From contig RDEW01000079.1 in assembly GCA_011109175.1 (NCBI GenBank), positions 1 to 64,000 on the forward strand: a stretch of DNA of 64,000 nucleotides. Reading direction: 5' to 3'. Within the stretch, counting starts at the first letter, position 1. The number at the start of each line of letters is the position of its first letter. Positions 62,840-64,000 of this stretch are shown piece by piece. The translations under genes and the position numbers were made by a program. The notes beneath the pieces are model-generated. The model was not told the DNA's origin, ran no database searches, and saw only the letters and a program-made list of their open reading frames with translations. Source of the stretch: Dicyema japonicum (lineage: Eukaryota > Animalia > Dicyemida).

Positions 62840-63415
62840 TAATTTGTGTCAATTGTATTAATAATTTCAATTTAATGCATCTTTTTAAATAATATCTTTC
62901 CCATTTCTTTCAATTTAATGCATCTTTTTAAATAATATCTTTTTAAATAATATCTTTCTGGGAGTACATATATACAACAGTTATTGAGTGAGAGGTCTGT
63001 CAGATCCGTCAATTGGAAGAGAGGCCGAGGAAAACTATACGAATAAAGAGCCAAAAACAACACAAAGAGTGGATTTGTGTCACAATTGAGTACCTTCACC
63101 TTACTACATTTTGACAACTCAACTGGGAGAGTGGAAAGCTCTAAAATACTAGAAAAAAGCCCGTCTATTTGTGCTTAGATTTAATTCTTCCAGACATTGT
63201 AGATTGCATATTGTTGGGGGAATAAATATATTTTGTGGGCATTTTACTGGTGTGAAGTGTGTTAGATGATTGAATCCTGCATCCAAGTGCTGGATATAGT
63301 ACCCTGGAATATCTACGAGGGATGGCAGTGTTTCGAGGCACAGTCTATCTATGATGACTTGGTTTATTTGAGGTTTCTTTTGCTTGAAAGGAAAGCAGAG
63401 GAAAAATTTGTTCAT
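62840..63415 (-). pseudogene. LAP-family LRR gene remnant, copy B
   Basis: Paralog of copy A; has SKCSKVKVLNCDTNPL without the internal stop. Confidence 0.7.
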
Positions 63416-63504
63416 TTTGTTATTTCTGAAATAATTTAAATAATAAACGCTACACCACAACAACGATATTTTAGATAGCGGGTTTGTTATATTTATTTAA
63501 ATTA

Positions 63505-64000
63505 TGTCACGGGTTGGATAATGCCCCGGATTGGATAATGCTCCCTCAACGTTATTTTAAAAAAATAAATATTTTTTCCAATGAATTTTTATTAGATTTT
63601 GGATTCTCCTAATTATTTTTGTAATTTATTAAAGATTTTTTTTGAATTAATCTCGCGTGCAGACTCGCTTTTGTTATCTAAATTTTCCAATTTGAAAAAA
63701 TAATAAGTATTATAGATCAAATATATATTTCAGAAATGGTTTTACTCAACCTTACTAAAAATGAACTTGACGACATCCAAAAAATTCAATTAGATGTATT
63801 TTTTATTGACTGATTTGAAAAATCTTTAAAAAAAGATACAGAAAATTATCAGAACAGTTAATTTTCGAAGACGAACGAAGGGATAGTATACATAAAATAC
63901 AAAAGCCTGAGGTTACGCTTTTTCCCCCAAGAACAAAAGGAACTTAAACTAAAAACTATCGAGCTGATTGTTACATAATCATTTTAGATTGAACATATGA
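63505..64000 (+). mobile_element. Ginger-like 5' end, duplicate of 53187 onward
   Basis: Same TGTCACGGGTTGGATAATGC start and same left flank. Confidence 0.8.

Overview
AT-rich, transposon-dense eukaryotic (animal) scaffold with five N-gaps and several single-n joins that flank near-identical duplicated ends (probable contig-overlap artefacts). Host genes are split by ultra-short GT-AG introns, mostly 22-29 nt, which the ORF track misses. They are an Arf-like GTPase, an unknown 242-aa protein, a thyroid-hormone-receptor-like nuclear receptor, an intact WDR12/YTM1, a damaged kinesin-6 (KIF23-like), two C-terminal mitochondrial HSP70 fragments, a small unknown gene and two LAP/Scribble-like LRR gene remnants. 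The rest is mostly mobile DNA: a near-intact RTE element with a 12-bp TSD, more than a dozen CRE-clade (RLE) fragments, Ingi/Vingi-like LINE pieces (one with an intact 2A StopGo motif), Tc1/IS630, Tigger/pogo, hAT, a FLYWCH-MULE remnant, and several Ginger-like integrase transposons carrying host-sized micro-introns. Homopolymer indels between duplicated copies suggest consensus errors, so pseudogene calls are provisional. All family assignments are by motif recognition from memory; no database search was run.
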